Part shown: one piece after another, positions 11,842 to 25,345 of the stretch | Layout of the letters: each line of letters begins with the position of its first letter | Position numbering within the stretch: position 1 is the stretch's first letter | Source of the DNA: Prorocentrum cordatum | Lineage: Eukaryota | Length of the DNA: 64,000 bases | Assembly (NCBI GenBank): GCA_963575745.1 | Contig: CAUYUJ010000279.1 | Coordinates: forward strand, 1 to 64,000 | Reading direction: 5' to 3' | Notes under the pieces: generated by a model | Seen by the model: only the letters and a program-made list of their open reading frames with translations | What the model was told of the DNA's origin: nothing | Database searches by the model: none | Program-made: the position numbers and the translations under genes

Positions 11842-13810
11842 GGGTGTTCTTGTTGTTGCTGGTGCTGTTGCTGTTGTTGTCGTTGTCGTTGTGGTTGTCA
11901 TTGTTGGTGTTGTTGTTGATGTTGATGTTGTAGTTGTTGTCGTGGTTGGTTGTTGTTGCTGCTGCTGCTGTTGTTGGTGGTGTTGGTGTTGGTGTTGTTG
12001 CTGCTGTTGTTGTTCAATTTTCATGCTAAGCGAACAATCACTGTTGACAGGAATCCCGTTCTCATTGTGGATTCCCCCACGATTTGTTTGGGAATCCCGC
12101 TATCGCTTGAAACCTCGTTGGGATTCATGTCGGCTTGATGCTTCGGCGACCCGCCCGCTCGATCCGGCCGGCTGGGCCCGCCTGCCCGACCTGCCCGTTC
12201 GGGTCCGTCCGCCCGTCCCGCCCGCCTGGTTGTGCCGCTTGCGCTCCGCCCGGCTCTCCCGCAGATCCCTCTCGTGCTCCATCCATCTCTCACCCCCCTT
12301 CTCTCTTCCCTCCTCCCTGCCTTCCCCTGTTTCAGGGGCTGCGCCAACTTCACGCGGCAGGCAGGGAAGATCTGCCCCAAAGGGGGGTACGATCGACGAC
12401 GAGAAGGGTGGGTATCGAAGGTTTGGGATCACGGGAGCAGATAAGAGCGAACACTCTTAAAATGATTGTTGTTGTTGCTGATGTTGCTGTTGTTGAACTC
12501 TCACGTCTACAAAAATATGATTGTTGATCCCCTCCCTTCGGGAACTATTGCGCTTTCCATGTGAATTGCTTCTCCTGGGGCTCGCACCCGGTGTTTTCCA
12601 AGCGAAAGTGAAGGGCCACCAAACTGTGTTGCTGGGCCCCGGTTTACAACAACAGCGGCTCCCGCCTGATACTTCCTCTCAAAGTACCTCACAATGTATT
12701 CCAAAATCGCGCTGTCGCGCGGGCTTTCCTCACAATTTATAAGAATCGCGCTCTGGCGTAGGATTTCTTTACAACTTATTCGAACGCCGCGCCCTCCACA
12801 CTCAGGAATCACGCTGTCGCTGTTGATTCCCTCATGATTTATTTGTAAATCGCGCTATCGCTCGAGACTTCCCCACGATTCATGCAGGACGCACGCTTCA
12901 GGAACCCGCCTGCCCCTTGTCCCTTCTTTCCATCCGTCCTCTCTTCCCGGCACGATCGAAGACGAAGAGAGCGGGTATCAAGGGTTTGAGATATACGTGT
13001 TGAGTGGCACGCGAGCAGATACGAGCGAACAGTCGGAAACGGATTGTTGTTGTTGATGCTGTTATTGTTATTGTCGTTTTTGACGAATTCTTCTTCCATC
13101 GAAAAATTACAATTGATCCCCCTCCGTTTCTTGAATTCAAGTGTTTCTCCCGCGACTCGCACCCTGTTTTTGATCAGAGGAAATTCGGTCACACCAAACT
13201 GGGTTGTGGGGTTCTGGTTTGCAGCAACAGCGGCTCCCGCATGATACTTGCTCGCGAAGTATTCCAAAATCGGGCTCTCGCGCGGGATCTGCTCACAGTG
13301 TATGCAGGAATCGCGCTCCCGCGTGGAAGTTTCTCCCAATTCATTCAGACGCCGCGCCCTCGACACTCAGGAATCGCGCTCTCGCTTTGGTCTTTCTCAC
13401 GATTTACTTGGGAATCGCGCTATCGCTCGAGACTTCTTCGCGATGCATGCAAGACGCACGCTTCAGCATCCTGGCCGGCTTGGCCCGTCTTCCGGACCCG
13501 CCCGATAGGGTTTGCCCGCCCGATCTGCCCGTCTGGTTCTGCCACGTGCTTTCTGCTCCTAGCCCTCCTCCTGCTAATTTCTCTCGTGTTCCATCCTTCT
13601 CCCTACCCCTTCCATCCGTCCTCTCTTCACCTGTTTTAGGGGCTGCGCTAAATGCACGCGGCAGGCACAGAAGATGTACCCCGAACGCGGTACGGTCCAA
13701 GACCAAGCAGGCGGGTACCGAGGATTTGGGATATACGTGATGAATGGCACGCGGCCAGATAGGAACGATCAGTCTTAAGATGATAACTGTTGTTGCTGTT
13801 GTTGTGCCCC
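10230..13810 (+). repeat. Diverged ~600-750-bp tandem units, each ending in ...AGATAAGAGCGAACAGTCT..AAATGATT(GTT)n (4 copies)
   Basis: Terminal block GTACGATCGACGACGAAGAGGGCGGG...GAGCGAACA at ~11685, ~12385, ~12950 and ~13690. AATCGCGCTCTCGC-rich bodies. Confidence 0.75.
10705..11420. repeat. Degenerate 20-22-bp minisatellite (GCCCTTCGTGGCCCCGTTGCA / ...CCCCTCGCT)
   Basis: Directly visible; accounts for the PFVAP-repeat ORFs. Confidence 0.9.
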
Positions 13811-15748
13811 GCCTCTCTATCTTTCCACAAGTGCCCGAAGGTATGCGGAGGCAGGGCCAAGAGTTGAGGTCAAGCAAACCGAACCATCAAATATTGTACA
13901 TACACAGACGCAAACATGTTCATTATGCATATTGCTGCTTAGCTCTCTGTCTCTCTTTTGTTATTCTCTCTCTCTCTCTCTATGTCTCTCGGTGTTGTGT
14001 GTTTGTCCTCTCTCTCTCTCTCTTCCTCCCTCCCTCCCTCCATCCCTCTCTCTCTCTCTTTCTTTCGCTCTCTCTTTTTCCTTCTCACCTTCTCCCATCC
14101 CAGAATACGCATCAATTCAAACATCAGCATTCGCTGCCGTGCCGCTGTGCACACCGCCGTAAAATTGACAGGCGACCTCCACCCACGCATCTAGCAGTAA
14201 CCAGCTTCGAGGAAAAGGCGCACGGCCCTCCAGCAAAAGCAAGATCTGGGAAAGGACCGCCCTGCATGTGCGCATCTGCTATGACACTCAAGCCCAGGAA
14301 CGATCCTCCATCCCCGAACCTGCTGTCGCTGCTGCATCCCGTGTGCACCACAGCGCTACGCACGGAGGCTTCAAGCACGAACCAGGATTTGAAAAAAAAG
14401 GTTGCCTGCACCAGTGTACACCCCATCCTGCATGTTGATAGCAATTGAAGCTAAGAAACTGGACGTCACTCGAAGCGCGTTATTCAACTTACACAGTGAT
14501 GCAGATCCAGATCTACGAAATTCCGGCGAACATATGCAGCGCAGAGTAAACACCCAGGGTTCAGCCCAGATTCCAAATTTTATTTAACGAAATCTGGAGT
14601 CCATGAAAGTTGCTGCTTTTCCTTGGATTCGTGATGGGTGCAAATGTCGGAGCCGTAGTATTGAATGGCTGTAGCACGCGGTGAAATCCAAGGCGATGGC
14701 AGTATGTTGGGGAAGGGAGCCGCCCTCGCTTGCGTGAAGCTGCTGGGTACTGCAGCCCTTGATATTAAGAGCAGACCGTTCGCGAAATAATGGGAGCGAT
14801 AGATTCAGGAGAGCCCATAATCGAATCGATAAGTCGGATCGGCGATCGACATGGATTCGACCAGCGGGAATGGGAAGCCAAGTCGGGAGGAGTCGAATCG
14901 ACGGAAGTCGGCAGGCTAGTAAAGCCTCCATTGACATCGGATTCCGCGACAAACTTCGAAGACGAACGCATCGAAATCGAACCGCGCCGGATCGGAGGAG
15001 TCGAGATGACCGCTGCAAACTGGGGAAATAAAAAAGGACGCGCGCACCTCTCGCGCCTTTTGGGCCCCCCAGGGGGCCTTTTAGTTCGTCGCCCCACGCA
15101 TCGCACCTCCATTACTCAACGCCCGAGCAGAAGGCCTCGGGTGGGGCTCTTCGGCGAGAGCTCCATGTTTAGCACACCCCGGCCCCCCGTCCGCGCAACC
15201 TTTGGCAGCATTTGCGCCGCTTGCGCGCTGCGCAAGGGAAGGAGCCTTGAAACAACGCCGCGCTCCATCCGAGCGCCCACTGGAACACCCCATCGTTCTG
15301 ATCAGAAGCGTTGGAGAAACATCCAACACAACGCTTGCAGGCGAATCGATGGAACTGCCCCGCCGACCCGCCCGGCGATGCGACGAGGATGAAGTGCGCC
15401 AAGGACATGAGATGAAATGGGAGCAAGATGAGAATGAAGAGTTTGTTTGTTTTTGTTTCTCACCGCAGCGCGAACGCTCAGCCACCGTCGAACTTCACGT
15501 CAGCGGGTCAGGCATGCATGCAGAAAAGCAAAGACAAGCGAAGAAGAGCGGCAGAGGGCACTCCGCATTAAGAGTTCGTTGTCCCTGGTGGCGCGTGCAC
15601 CCATCGGACCACCTCGATTCGGGCGAATCGCCCTCGAGCTCGAGCCCGAACCAACATCACTCCCCACTGGGCGACAGGCCCAACCCGATCACAGCAGCAA
15701 GGTGGAAGCACAAACAGGGGACACGACCCACAACAACCAGGGCACTAC

Positions 15749-15779
<31 letters not shown>

Positions 15780-17364
15780 AAAAAAGAGAGAGAGAGAGAG
15801 AGAGAGGCATGGGCACCCAGATGCCTCGAACAACGTCGGGAACCTGGCGCGGGGAGACCAGGCGACAGCAAACAAATGCCGCAGGGCGCCGCAGGGGCCT
15901 CGAACTTCGTCGGGAGCCTGGCGCGGGAAGGGAAAGCCCAGAGGTCCTCGGGAGCTGAGCGCTCTAGGCACCACATGCCGCTTGCAAGCATGTGTGCTGA
16001 TTACTAGCTGCGCGGGGCAGATGGCCAGCCAAAAGCCACGCTCTACTCCCCCTACGGAGGGACCGACCGCTGACGTAAAGACAGGAGCAAGTGGAGGAGG
16101 AGGAGGAGGAGGAGGAGGAGGAGGAGGAGGAGGAGGAGGAGGAAGAGGAGGAGCAGGAGGAAGAGGAGAAGGATGGGGGATGAGGAGGGTAGGGGAAAAG
16201 GGGCTGAGGGGGCGAGGGGGGGGAGGGATAAAGGAGGAGAGGGAGCTGAGGGGAAGGATAGCAGTGCAGGGGAAGGGAGGAACGGGCTGAGGAGGAGGGG
16301 GAGGAGGAGGAGGGAGGAGGAGGAGGACAAAGAGGAGGAGAGGAGGAGGAGGAGGAGGAGGAGGAGGAGGAGGAGCAGGAGGAGGAGGAGGGACAAACAG
16401 GAGGAGGACGAGAGAGAGGAACGAGGGCGGAGGAGACCCCCCCCCGCTAGTCCGCGCGGCGGCGGCCCCGGCCGGCGCCGCGCCGCCCAGGCCCGCCCAG
16501 CGCGCCCCGCGCAGCCCCGCTGCCCGGCCGCCGGGGGCGGCCGCCTGCGCCGAGGCCCGCCCGCGGCCCTGCCGCGGGCGCGGCGGGCGCGGGCGCGCCC
16601 GCGGGGGCCGCGGGCCCGCGCGGCCGCCGGCGCGCATGGCGGCCGCGGCCCGGCCCAGGGCCCGGCCGGCCGTGGCCCGCGGGCGGCTCCAGGCCCCGCG
16701 CGCGGGCGGGGGCCGCGGGCGCGGCGGCCGGGCCGCGGGGCGGCTGCCGCGGCGCGGGCGGCACGCGGAGGGGTGGGGGCAGGGGGCGAGGGGGGAAGGG
16801 ACGGGGGCTCCCCCCCCCTCCCTTCCTCCCCCCTCCTCCTGACCTCCTCCGACCTCCTGACCTCCCTTCTCCCCCCTCCTCCTGACCTCCTGTCCTCCTG
16901 ACCTCCCTTCCTCCCCCCTTCCTACCCCTCCCTTCCTCCCCCCTCCTCCACCCTCCTTCGTCCACTCCTCCTGAACTCCGAGGTCAAGAGGAGGTCTGGG
17001 GTCTGGGGGGAAGGGGCGATGATGCAGGGCGGAGGCGGGGGAGGAAAGGGAGGAGAACGGGGAGGGGGACGGAAGCGGGGAAGGGGCTGACAGACAGGCG
17101 GCGGCGACACTGACGATCTCGACAGCGACAACGCCGTCCATGGCCTTGGCGGCCGCTACGGCGGCAACAGGGAAACAAACGGCAACGACGATGGTTATGA
17201 AGACGACGCCGGCGCCGACTGGTACCAAAGCACCGTAGACGACGACGAAAGGCCATATGGATGATGATCGAGGCGAACACACATATACACAAAGGCGCAG
17301 GGAGAGAAAGAGAGAATTACAAATAAAGAAAACAGAGAAATGCATAGAGAGAGAGAGACAGAGA

Positions 17365-17437
17365 TCGACAGGCAGACAGACAGACGGACAGACACAGACA
17401 GACAGACGGACGGACAGACAGACAGACAGACAGACAC

Positions 17438-17479
<42 letters not shown>

Positions 17480-17620
17480 TGACAGACAGACAGACAGGCA
17501 GCAGGAACACATAAACAGACAGACAGACAGACAGACTGACAGACAGACAGACAGGCAGCAGGAACACATAAACAGACAGCTGGACCGACAGACAGACGCA
17601 CACACAGGCAGACACACACT
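17365..17620. repeat. (GACA)n microsatellite
   Basis: Directly visible. Confidence 0.95.
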
Positions 17621-17940
17621 CCCTGGGCAAATCGGTGGGTTGAATACCTACACAAGACAAACAGCAAGCTCTTATCAGGTGAGGCTGGAAGCTGTGGCCA
17701 TTCAAATTGCCAGAAACACGCAACCTGGCATTAACCGTGCGGCAAACGCACGGACATATATGAATACAAACAGACTGAGACTGACAAAGCGAGGAAGAGG
17801 GATAGAGAGATCTACATGTATATATACGTATATATGTATGAGTCTTTAGATGTATATGTATATATATACATCTAGAGAGAGAGAGAGAAGAAAGAGAGAA
17901 AGAGAGAGAGAGAGAGAGAAAAAAAAAAAAAAAAAAACGC

Positions 17941-17981
<41 letters not shown>

Positions 17982-19231
17982 AGAGGGAGAGAGAGAGACA
18001 GAGACAGAAGACAACCCCGCGATGAACTGGGACACTCCATCTGCTGATCGGTCATACTGTCCCCCCTCCTCTTCCTTTTCCTTACCCCTCTCTTCCCCCT
18101 CCTCGCTTTCTTCTTCTTCTTCCTCCTCCTCCTCATCCCCGATCATCAGCTGGTCGGTTAGATTGCCCCCCCCATCCTTATCCATTCTTACCCCTCCCTT
18201 AGCCTCCTCCTCGCGTACCTCCTCCTCCTGCTCCTCACTCCCTGGTCATCCTCCGTCTCCTCCCGGAGCACGCCGTCATGGCCCTGACTGGCGTGCCCCT
18301 CTGCGGCTGCTTCCCAAGAACATGAGACCTACACCAGCCAAAACACACAGAACATCCAAGGATACCCTCCAGGGTGCACAAGAGCATCCGACAAACACGA
18401 AAATCACTAGGGTACCCTCCCAGAACCGACCTGGATCGTATACCGCGGTCTGACTCTAGTCGTTCAGTTACCTAACGGTATCATAATATTCCTCGTCGCC
18501 CCGCAGGGCTCCGCAGCGAGTCCAGCTCCGGCGCGCAGTCGCGCGGCGGCGTTCGCGCACAGCTGTCGCGCGCGCATCGCGCCCGCGCGCGGCGGCAGCG
18601 TTCGCGCGCCGACGCACGGCGTCCACCCAGAGAGAGGGGAGCCCTCCTCCTCCTCCTCCTCCTCCTCCTCCTCCTCCTCCTCCTCCTCCTCCTCCTCTGT
18701 CCTCCTCCTCCTCCTCTGTCCTCTGTTCTCCTCCTCCTCCTCCTCCTCCTCCTCCTCCTCCTCCTCCTCCTCCTCTGAGGGTGGCAGGCTGAAGGAAGAG
18801 ATCTGGCAGAGCGGCCGCGCCGCTCGTCACAGGGCAGCTCGCAGATCGCGAGAGCTCGCTCGGCAGCTGTGAAGAGTTCGGCGCGAGGACCGTGAGCGGC
18901 TGGGGCTGCTCGGCACTCCCTATGTTTCTGTGGCTGCCACGGCAATGGACACCCTAACAGTCCTATCCTTGAATTTTACAATGTGTGTCAACTACCGGAA
19001 CAATGTGCTAAACATGCTTTAAGAATGTTTGTTTTCTATACTTATGTGTTTCAAACATGTTTAACACATGTTTTAGACACCTGGAAATGATTTGGCAGCA
19101 TGCTTCCTCTCCATTGATCGTCCTCCACAACTATAGTATTGGCCTCGCCGGGGCTGAGGTGGCCAGGGCCATAGCGACTGGCCTGGCTTCGTGCCGGCCG
19201 GCCGCATCTTCGTTGCGAAGCTCCTCATCTT

Positions 19232-19349
19232 TCAGAGCCCCGAATCATCAGGGGTAACTCGGGTCAGGGCTAACTCGGGTTCGTTTTTTCGGGAATCCGA
19301 ACCCGAGTTACCCCGGACCCGAGTTACCCCGGATAACTCGGGCGCCCAA
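19232..19349 (-). mobile_element. 118-bp MITE with 5-bp TSD (ATCTT); monomer of the 49699-50610 array
   Basis: ATCTT at 19227-19231 and 19350-19354. Internal GGTAACTCGGG motifs in inverted arrangement. Confidence 0.85.
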
Positions 19350-20972
19350 ATCTTCGTGCTCCCCTCCCCCCTCCCCCCCCATCCATCTTCCTCCCTCCTC
19401 CTCTGTCCCCCCCCGGCGTCCTGCCATGATGTGCGATGCGCTGTTCTGTTCTGCGCCGCTGTGCGATGCCATGCTTGGCGTGGCAATGCTCCGTGGCGCA
19501 ATGATTCACTACGCAATGCCACGCCATGCTCTGACATTACACGCTCTGCCGTGCTCTTCTACGCCATGCCATGCTGTGCTCTACGATGCATCGCGCACCC
19601 TCTCGCGATGATTGCCCTGCTCGAAATCCGAAGGTGCGAATAGAAGAGAGATCTACGCCATGGTAAGGCATGGGAGGAAGGGGTAGGACGTCAGATATGA
19701 GGCGAGCGCACCCAGCTTGTCCGTCCCCCCTCCTCCTCCTCCTCCTCCTCCTCCTCCTCCTCCTCCTCCTCCTCCTCCTCCTCCTCCTCCTCCTCCTCCT
19801 CCTCCTCCTCCTCCTCCTCCTCCTCCTCCTCCCTCCTCCTCCGCGCGCGGCGCCGCCCGCGCCGGGGCGCGGCCAGGAAGGGGGGGGGCGGAACGCGCGC
19901 GCGCGCGGCCAGCTGCGGGTGGGCACGCCGCGGTCGCGGCTTGCGGGCGGGCGGGTGGGGGAGGAGAGGAGGGGAGGGAAGAGAAGGGGGCTGAGGAGGA
20001 GAAGAGGAGGGGAGGGGAGACGAGGGAGGCAGGGAACGGGAGAAGAGGAGGGGAGGGAAGGGAAGAGGAGGGGAGTGGGTGAGCCAAGTGCGGTCGTGCC
20101 TCATCTCATCTGACATCTGGCCCCTCCCCTCCCATCCCTTCCCGTTGAGCGGCCTTTCTCTCCTTCCGCGGACGCGTGCCATGGCCGACGCGCCGCTCCA
20201 GCCAAAAGACCATATGGGGCTATGCGCAGTGGCGGGGAGGGAAGAGGAGGGGGGCGGGAAGGAAAACGGGCTTAGGGGGAGGCGGGCGGGCGGGCGGGCG
20301 GGAGGCGGGGAGGGGCGGGCGGGCGGGAGGAGGGGGGGTGAAGAGGACGCGCGGGCGGGCGGGAGGAGGGGCGGGAGGAGGAGGAGGGGGCTGAAGGGGA
20401 GGCGGGCGGCGGGAGGGAGGGGAGAGGCGGGGGGCGGGCGGGCGGGCGGGCGGGGGGGAAGAGGCGGGCGGGGGGCAGGAGGAGGGGAGGGAAGAGGTGG
20501 CCGAGGGGGAGGCGGGCGGGTGGGTGGGCGGGAGGAGGGAAGGTCCGGGCGGGCGGGAGGAGGGGGGGAGGACGCGCGGGCGGGCGGGAGGAGCGGCGGG
20601 AAGAGGATGGGGCTGAGGGGAAGGCGGGCGGGCGGGCGAGAGGAGGGGAGGTGCGAGCGGGCGGGAGGAGGGAGGGGGGAAGAGGACGAGCGGGCGGGCG
20701 GGCGGGAGGAGGGGCAGGCGGAAGGAGGGGCGGGAAGAGGAGGGGGCCGAGGGAGCTGGGGGAAACACCGGGGGAGAGGTGCGCCCCTCCCTCCCCCCGT
20801 CGCCCCTCCCGAGCCCATATTCCTCCTTCTCGTCCTCGTTCTCCTCCTCCTCATCCTCCTTCCTCCCCTCCTCCTCCTCCTCCTCCTCCTCCTTCTCCTC
20901 TTCCGTTTTCTTCTTCTTCTTATTATTATTCTTCTTCTTCTTATTATTATTCTTCTTCTTCTTCTTCTTATT

Positions 20973-21003
<31 letters not shown>

Positions 21004-21033
21004 TTAACATTATTAACATTATTATTATTATTC

Positions 21034-21074
<41 letters not shown>

Positions 21075-21120
21075 TCTATTATCATTATTAGTATTCCTCC
21101 TCCTCCTCCTCCTCCTCCTC

Positions 21121-21899
21121 CAACCCTTTCCTTATACCAACAAACTTCTCCCTATCGCACCCCGAGGCCAGTCCAAAGGGCGGGCCGGACGTTTCGCCGG
21201 AGACTTCCTCACCATGTATGACCCTCAGGATTCGAAGCTGGCTGCAGCTTCTCAGACGGGGGGCGGGTGGTTTTAAACATGTGGCTCTGGCCTCAGCGCC
21301 GCGCACACTCGTCTGCAAAGACTTGCAAGAACTTCACGGATTGAGAACGGGAGGTTTTCAAAATGCGGCTCTCGCCTTAGCGCCGCGCGCATTCGTTTGA
21401 GCTTCACGGTTTGAAGGCGGGTGGTGTTCGAAATGTGGGTCTCGCATTAGCGCCGCGCGCATTCGTTTTAACCATTTACAAGAACTTCACGGATTTAGAG
21501 CGGGTCGTTTTGAGAATGTGGCTCTCGCCTCAGCGCCACGCACATTCGTTGCACAAAATGCAAGCCTTTCACGGATTCCCAGGGTCAACGTGCTAGACAT
21601 GGTGTTTTGAAAAGACTCAGGATTGTGAGGGCGCAACAGTTACGTTGATTCGCGGTGTTGAAGTCCCAGGAGTGGTGTTCTGGCACGGTTCAGGATCGTC
21701 AAGACGCAACAGTCTGTTGATACGTGGCGTTGGAGCCACGGGAATGGTGATTTGGCGCGCTTCAGGGTCTTCAAACGGTTCTCCCTCAACGAGGCAGTTC
21801 CCCCAGTGGAACTGAACCTTTGCAGGGGCCTATGAAGAGGGAGCTTGGAGGGAGGCTTTAAAACAACATCGTAGAGGAGTCTTGGGTTTCCACTGGTCC
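21121..21899 (+). mobile_element. ~780-bp dispersed non-coding element flanked on both sides by (CCT)n, with internal ~75-bp subrepeats
   Basis: Full-length homology to 44562-45360 (reverse strand). Ends ...GGGTTTCCACTGGTC(CTC)n. Confidence 0.8.
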
Positions 21900-22799
21900 T
21901 CCTCCTCCTCCCTCCCTCCCCTTCCCTCTCCCTGAGGGAAACGGAGGAGGGGACTGAAAAGGACGACGGGCAGGGGCGAGGGAGGCACGTCGGGATGAGG
22001 CCAAGATGGCAGGAGGAGGCCCCCAGACTGGAGGGCCCAAGGCTCGAGAGCTCTTGCTCGTGTGTGTGTGTGTGTGTGTGTGTGCGTGTGGGGGGGACGT
22101 GCTTCTGCCTCTTCTCGGGGGCGCCCAAGAAGGGGGGGGCCATCAAGTCCGGGGGGAGATATCACGATATGGGCCGGGCCCTACTCCTCAGCTCCCCCTC
22201 GTGGACGCCCCCGGCGTTCCTGGGCCTCCTCGGCATCGCGGCCGGATCCGTCTCGGAGTTCTGGCCGCCGGCGCTCCCGGGGGATGGGGCCAGGTGGTCG
22301 ACGCGTGGCCCCAGCCCGAAGGTTTTTTTTGTTGCCCGTGCGACACCTGCATCCGCCCACGCGCGCGTCCAGCCACGTGGTCGACGTCGGCATGTTAAGA
22401 GCGCGACGACTTCTGCTGTCCCTCGACTCGCCCTGGAGCGTCCCCGGCTTGCTCCAGACCTTCCTGAAGATCTCTCGACGTCTTTCTCCACGTCGGCCCC
22501 GCCGCCGCGGGCCGCGGCGCTCCCGGAGCGAAGAGAGCGGGGGGGAGGGCAAGGAGGGATCGTGGTGGATGGCGGCTCTGCTGCGGCGGGGGCGGGTCAG
22601 GTCCTTGACGCTGCGCTTGCTCTGGATCGCTGCTCCGCTCCATCCGGCTTCTCTCGCCTGTCCCCCCGTTCTTTGTCGGCACTGCTGCCGCAGCTCGCGC
22701 TGCTTCCCTCTTGCCCTCGTCCCCTCGGGAACTGTGTTGCGCCTGCTCCTGTGAAACATTGAGCTGGGGGACGTAGCAGCTTCGAGCTAGTGTTTGGCC

Positions 22800-23511
22800 A
22801 ACGTCAAAAGGGGAAGGGGATCGAATCAACTCGGCAGGAGGGAACGTTTAGAGCCGCAGCGCCGTCTGAGGCCCTGAGGATGGGGGCTATGGCCCATAGT
22901 ACGTGGGGTCCTGTCGAGCACCAGCGTCGAGGTGAGCGAGTGGGATCCAGCTCTGGGCCTGGTACAGCGACCGTAAGCACGCCGAGCAAAACCCCACTCG
23001 TTATCAGAAACACCATGCACTTCACAACAATAGTAGTAGCCTGGTAGGGGGGCGGTGATGAACTGCTTCCTGGAGTGCCTACCGAGAACCTGTCGTATCT
23101 TTTGCAGCCGTCAGGTCTTAGTCTTAAGCGTGAGCATCCGAACTTTGTGAACCTTGGAACGCCGAGGAGCCCGCCTGGGCCGTCCAGAGGTGTGGTCAAT
23201 CCCAAGGTTGGCTGCAGAAGAAACAACGCGCTTGCCAACTGAAACTCTCAGCGTCTTGCGGAGAGCAGCTGCAACTTGTGGCCTTCTCGTGTAAAATACT
23301 GCCGCCAATGTGATGTAAGATCGCGTGTTGCAGGACGATGTCGCTGCCGACAAATCGTGAACAACTTCAGAAGAGGTGCCAATAGTCGAGAGTCCGTAAT
23401 CGTCGATGTGCACATCGGGCGAAACCGCTTCCGAGATGATAGCCGAGTCGAGCGGACCGATGATGAAAATCCAACGTCGCGAACGGGCAATCAACAATTA
23501 TCCCAATGCGA
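22800..23511 (-). pseudogene. LINE reverse transcriptase, C-terminal part (decayed)
   Basis: Frames give GIIVDCPFAT (GIxAGC-like), DVHIDDYGL (catalytic xxDD) and AANLGIDHTSGRPRR. Frameshifted. Confidence 0.75.
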
Positions 23512-24072
23512 CCCTACCTAGGAGATGGAGCCCCTAGGAAAGCGGCAGTAGTAGTATCAGTAAAGCTAAGCTAAAGCTAAGCTAATGCTAAGATAAAGCT
23601 AAAATAAGTATAAGCTCAAGCTAAGCTAAAGCTAAGCGAAAGCTAAGCTAACGCTAAGCTAAATTTAAGCTAAAGCTAAGCTAAAGCTAAGCTAAAGCTA
23701 AGCTAAAGCTAAGCTAACGCTAAGCTAAAACTAAAGTAAAGCTGAGGTACAGCTAAACTAATGATAAGCTACAGCTAAGCTAAATCTAAGCTGATGCTAA
23801 GCTAAAGCTAAGCTAAATCTAAGCTGAAGCTAAGCAAAAGCTAAGCTGAAGCTAAGCTAAATCTAAGCTAAAGCTAAGCTAACTCTAAGCTAAAGCTAAG
23901 CTAAAACTAAGCTAAAGCTGAGCTAAAGCTAAAGCTAAAGCTAAAGCTAAAGCTCCCAGGGGACTGGGGGAACCGCGGGGCGGATACTGGGGGAACCGCC
24001 CGGGGCGGGTAGCACTGCCCGGCTCTTTACGCACAGAGGGAAAGGACCCTTCTAGGCAGAGCCTAGGTAGGG
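23512..24072. mobile_element. Element with 11-bp TIR CCCTACCTAGG carrying an (AAGCT/AAAGCT)n satellite, lying between two RT fragments
   Basis: CCCTACCTAGG at 23512-23522 and CCTAGGTAGGG at 24062-24072. Satellite at 23561-23953. Confidence 0.7.
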
Positions 24073-24560
24073 AACTATACCCTTGAGAACAATGTGCGGT
24101 CCCTTGACTATTTGGCCAATCGTAATGAACCGTGCATTCCTGTACATAGCGACGGCCAGGTGAGCAATCGTCGCGTTGAAACCGTGCTCGGCGCAGCGGT
24201 GCAGGAGGAGGTCGAGGCTGATCACCTCGAAACACTTGAACAAGTCCCAGAGCAACATGGCAGAACCCTTACCCTCTTGCACGGCGACCTCCCCCGCACG
24301 GACTGGCACCACGCCACGTCAGAGGAAGAGGAGACCTTCCCTGCTGCAAAGTAGGATCGTCTGTTCGAATCCTCCCAGCTTGTCGCGTAGCTCCTCCTCC
24401 CCTTGCCCAGTAGTCGATAGATGGGAGAAAAGAGACCGATGACCGTGACACGTGCTTGCACTGGAATCAGGCTGCTAGACTCCATCGCAATGTAGATCGT
24501 GGACAGCAGGTCGAGCGAGGCATCTGATAAAGACGCGAAGCGGCGCATATGGAAGTCGCC
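24073..24560 (-). pseudogene. LINE reverse transcriptase, N-terminal/core part (decayed)
   Basis: IGLFSPIYRL...SYFAAGK...DVAW, LLWDLFKCFEVIS (DLxKxFD-like), LAVAMYRNARFI and KGIV. Frameshift between the two ORFs. Confidence 0.8.
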
Positions 24561-24744
24561 GACCGACGTAGCCGTGCGAGCCGAGCACTTGCGACTGCAA
24601 GCTCGCAGCTCGTCGGGAGAGAGCCGAGGCAGAGGAGGGAAAGGCTGGAAACCTTCAGATTGTGGTTGATGTTCTGAGCCAACTCACCACACATCAGAGT
24701 ATTGCCGAGCTTGAGGAGGAGGATGAGGAAGAGGAGGAGGAGAC

Positions 24745-24828
<84 letters not shown>

Positions 24829-25345
24829 GGAGGAGGAGGAGGAGGAGGAGGAGGAGGAGGAGGAGGAGGACGGAGAGAAGATATGGCGGTGAGGACGAGA
24901 ACGAGGCCGCTCTGTTTCTCCACGCCGCAGCGCTCCCCCACGGACTGCAGCGGCCCGGGTGTATGCCACCATCAGGGTGCGACAGGGCGATGCAGCGGAC
25001 CGGCAGCAGGATCAGTCACTCGCAGCCAAGTGATGTGAAGGAGGACAGGGGGAAGGAGAACGACAAGAAGGGCTGCAGATGAGGATGGGCAAGAATGGGG
25101 AAGAGGATCGCAATCAAAAGGAGAAAGTGCCGAGGAGGTTCGGGGGTAGGTCCTCCTCCTCCTGTTGGGCACGCCCTCGAAGCCTCTTAGCCTCAACATC
25201 CTCATCCTCAGGTTTGGGTCCCCCTTCACTGCCTCCTGGCTGATTCTGAGCTTCGGCTGCTGAAGAGGAATGGCTCTTGCCATGAACGATCTGTTTGCGC
25301 TGGTCCAGCGGGCGCTTCTCGGAAGATGCCATTGTTTTGCAACTA

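Noticed and set aside
14130..14760. Possible RT remnant (AIALDFTACY, minus strand)
   Set aside because: A single weak motif; the downstream RT motifs are not convincing.
15657..18185. 842-aa ORF and other long low-complexity ORFs (7003-8628, 19691-21085, 28642-30784, 30781-32610, 53114-54451)
   Set aside because: Read-through of microsatellites and GC-rich tracts that lack stop codons; no domains recognised.
24972..25330. Possible LINE post-RT remnant (TDPAAGPLHRPV, minus strand)
   Set aside because: Too degenerate to call without a search.
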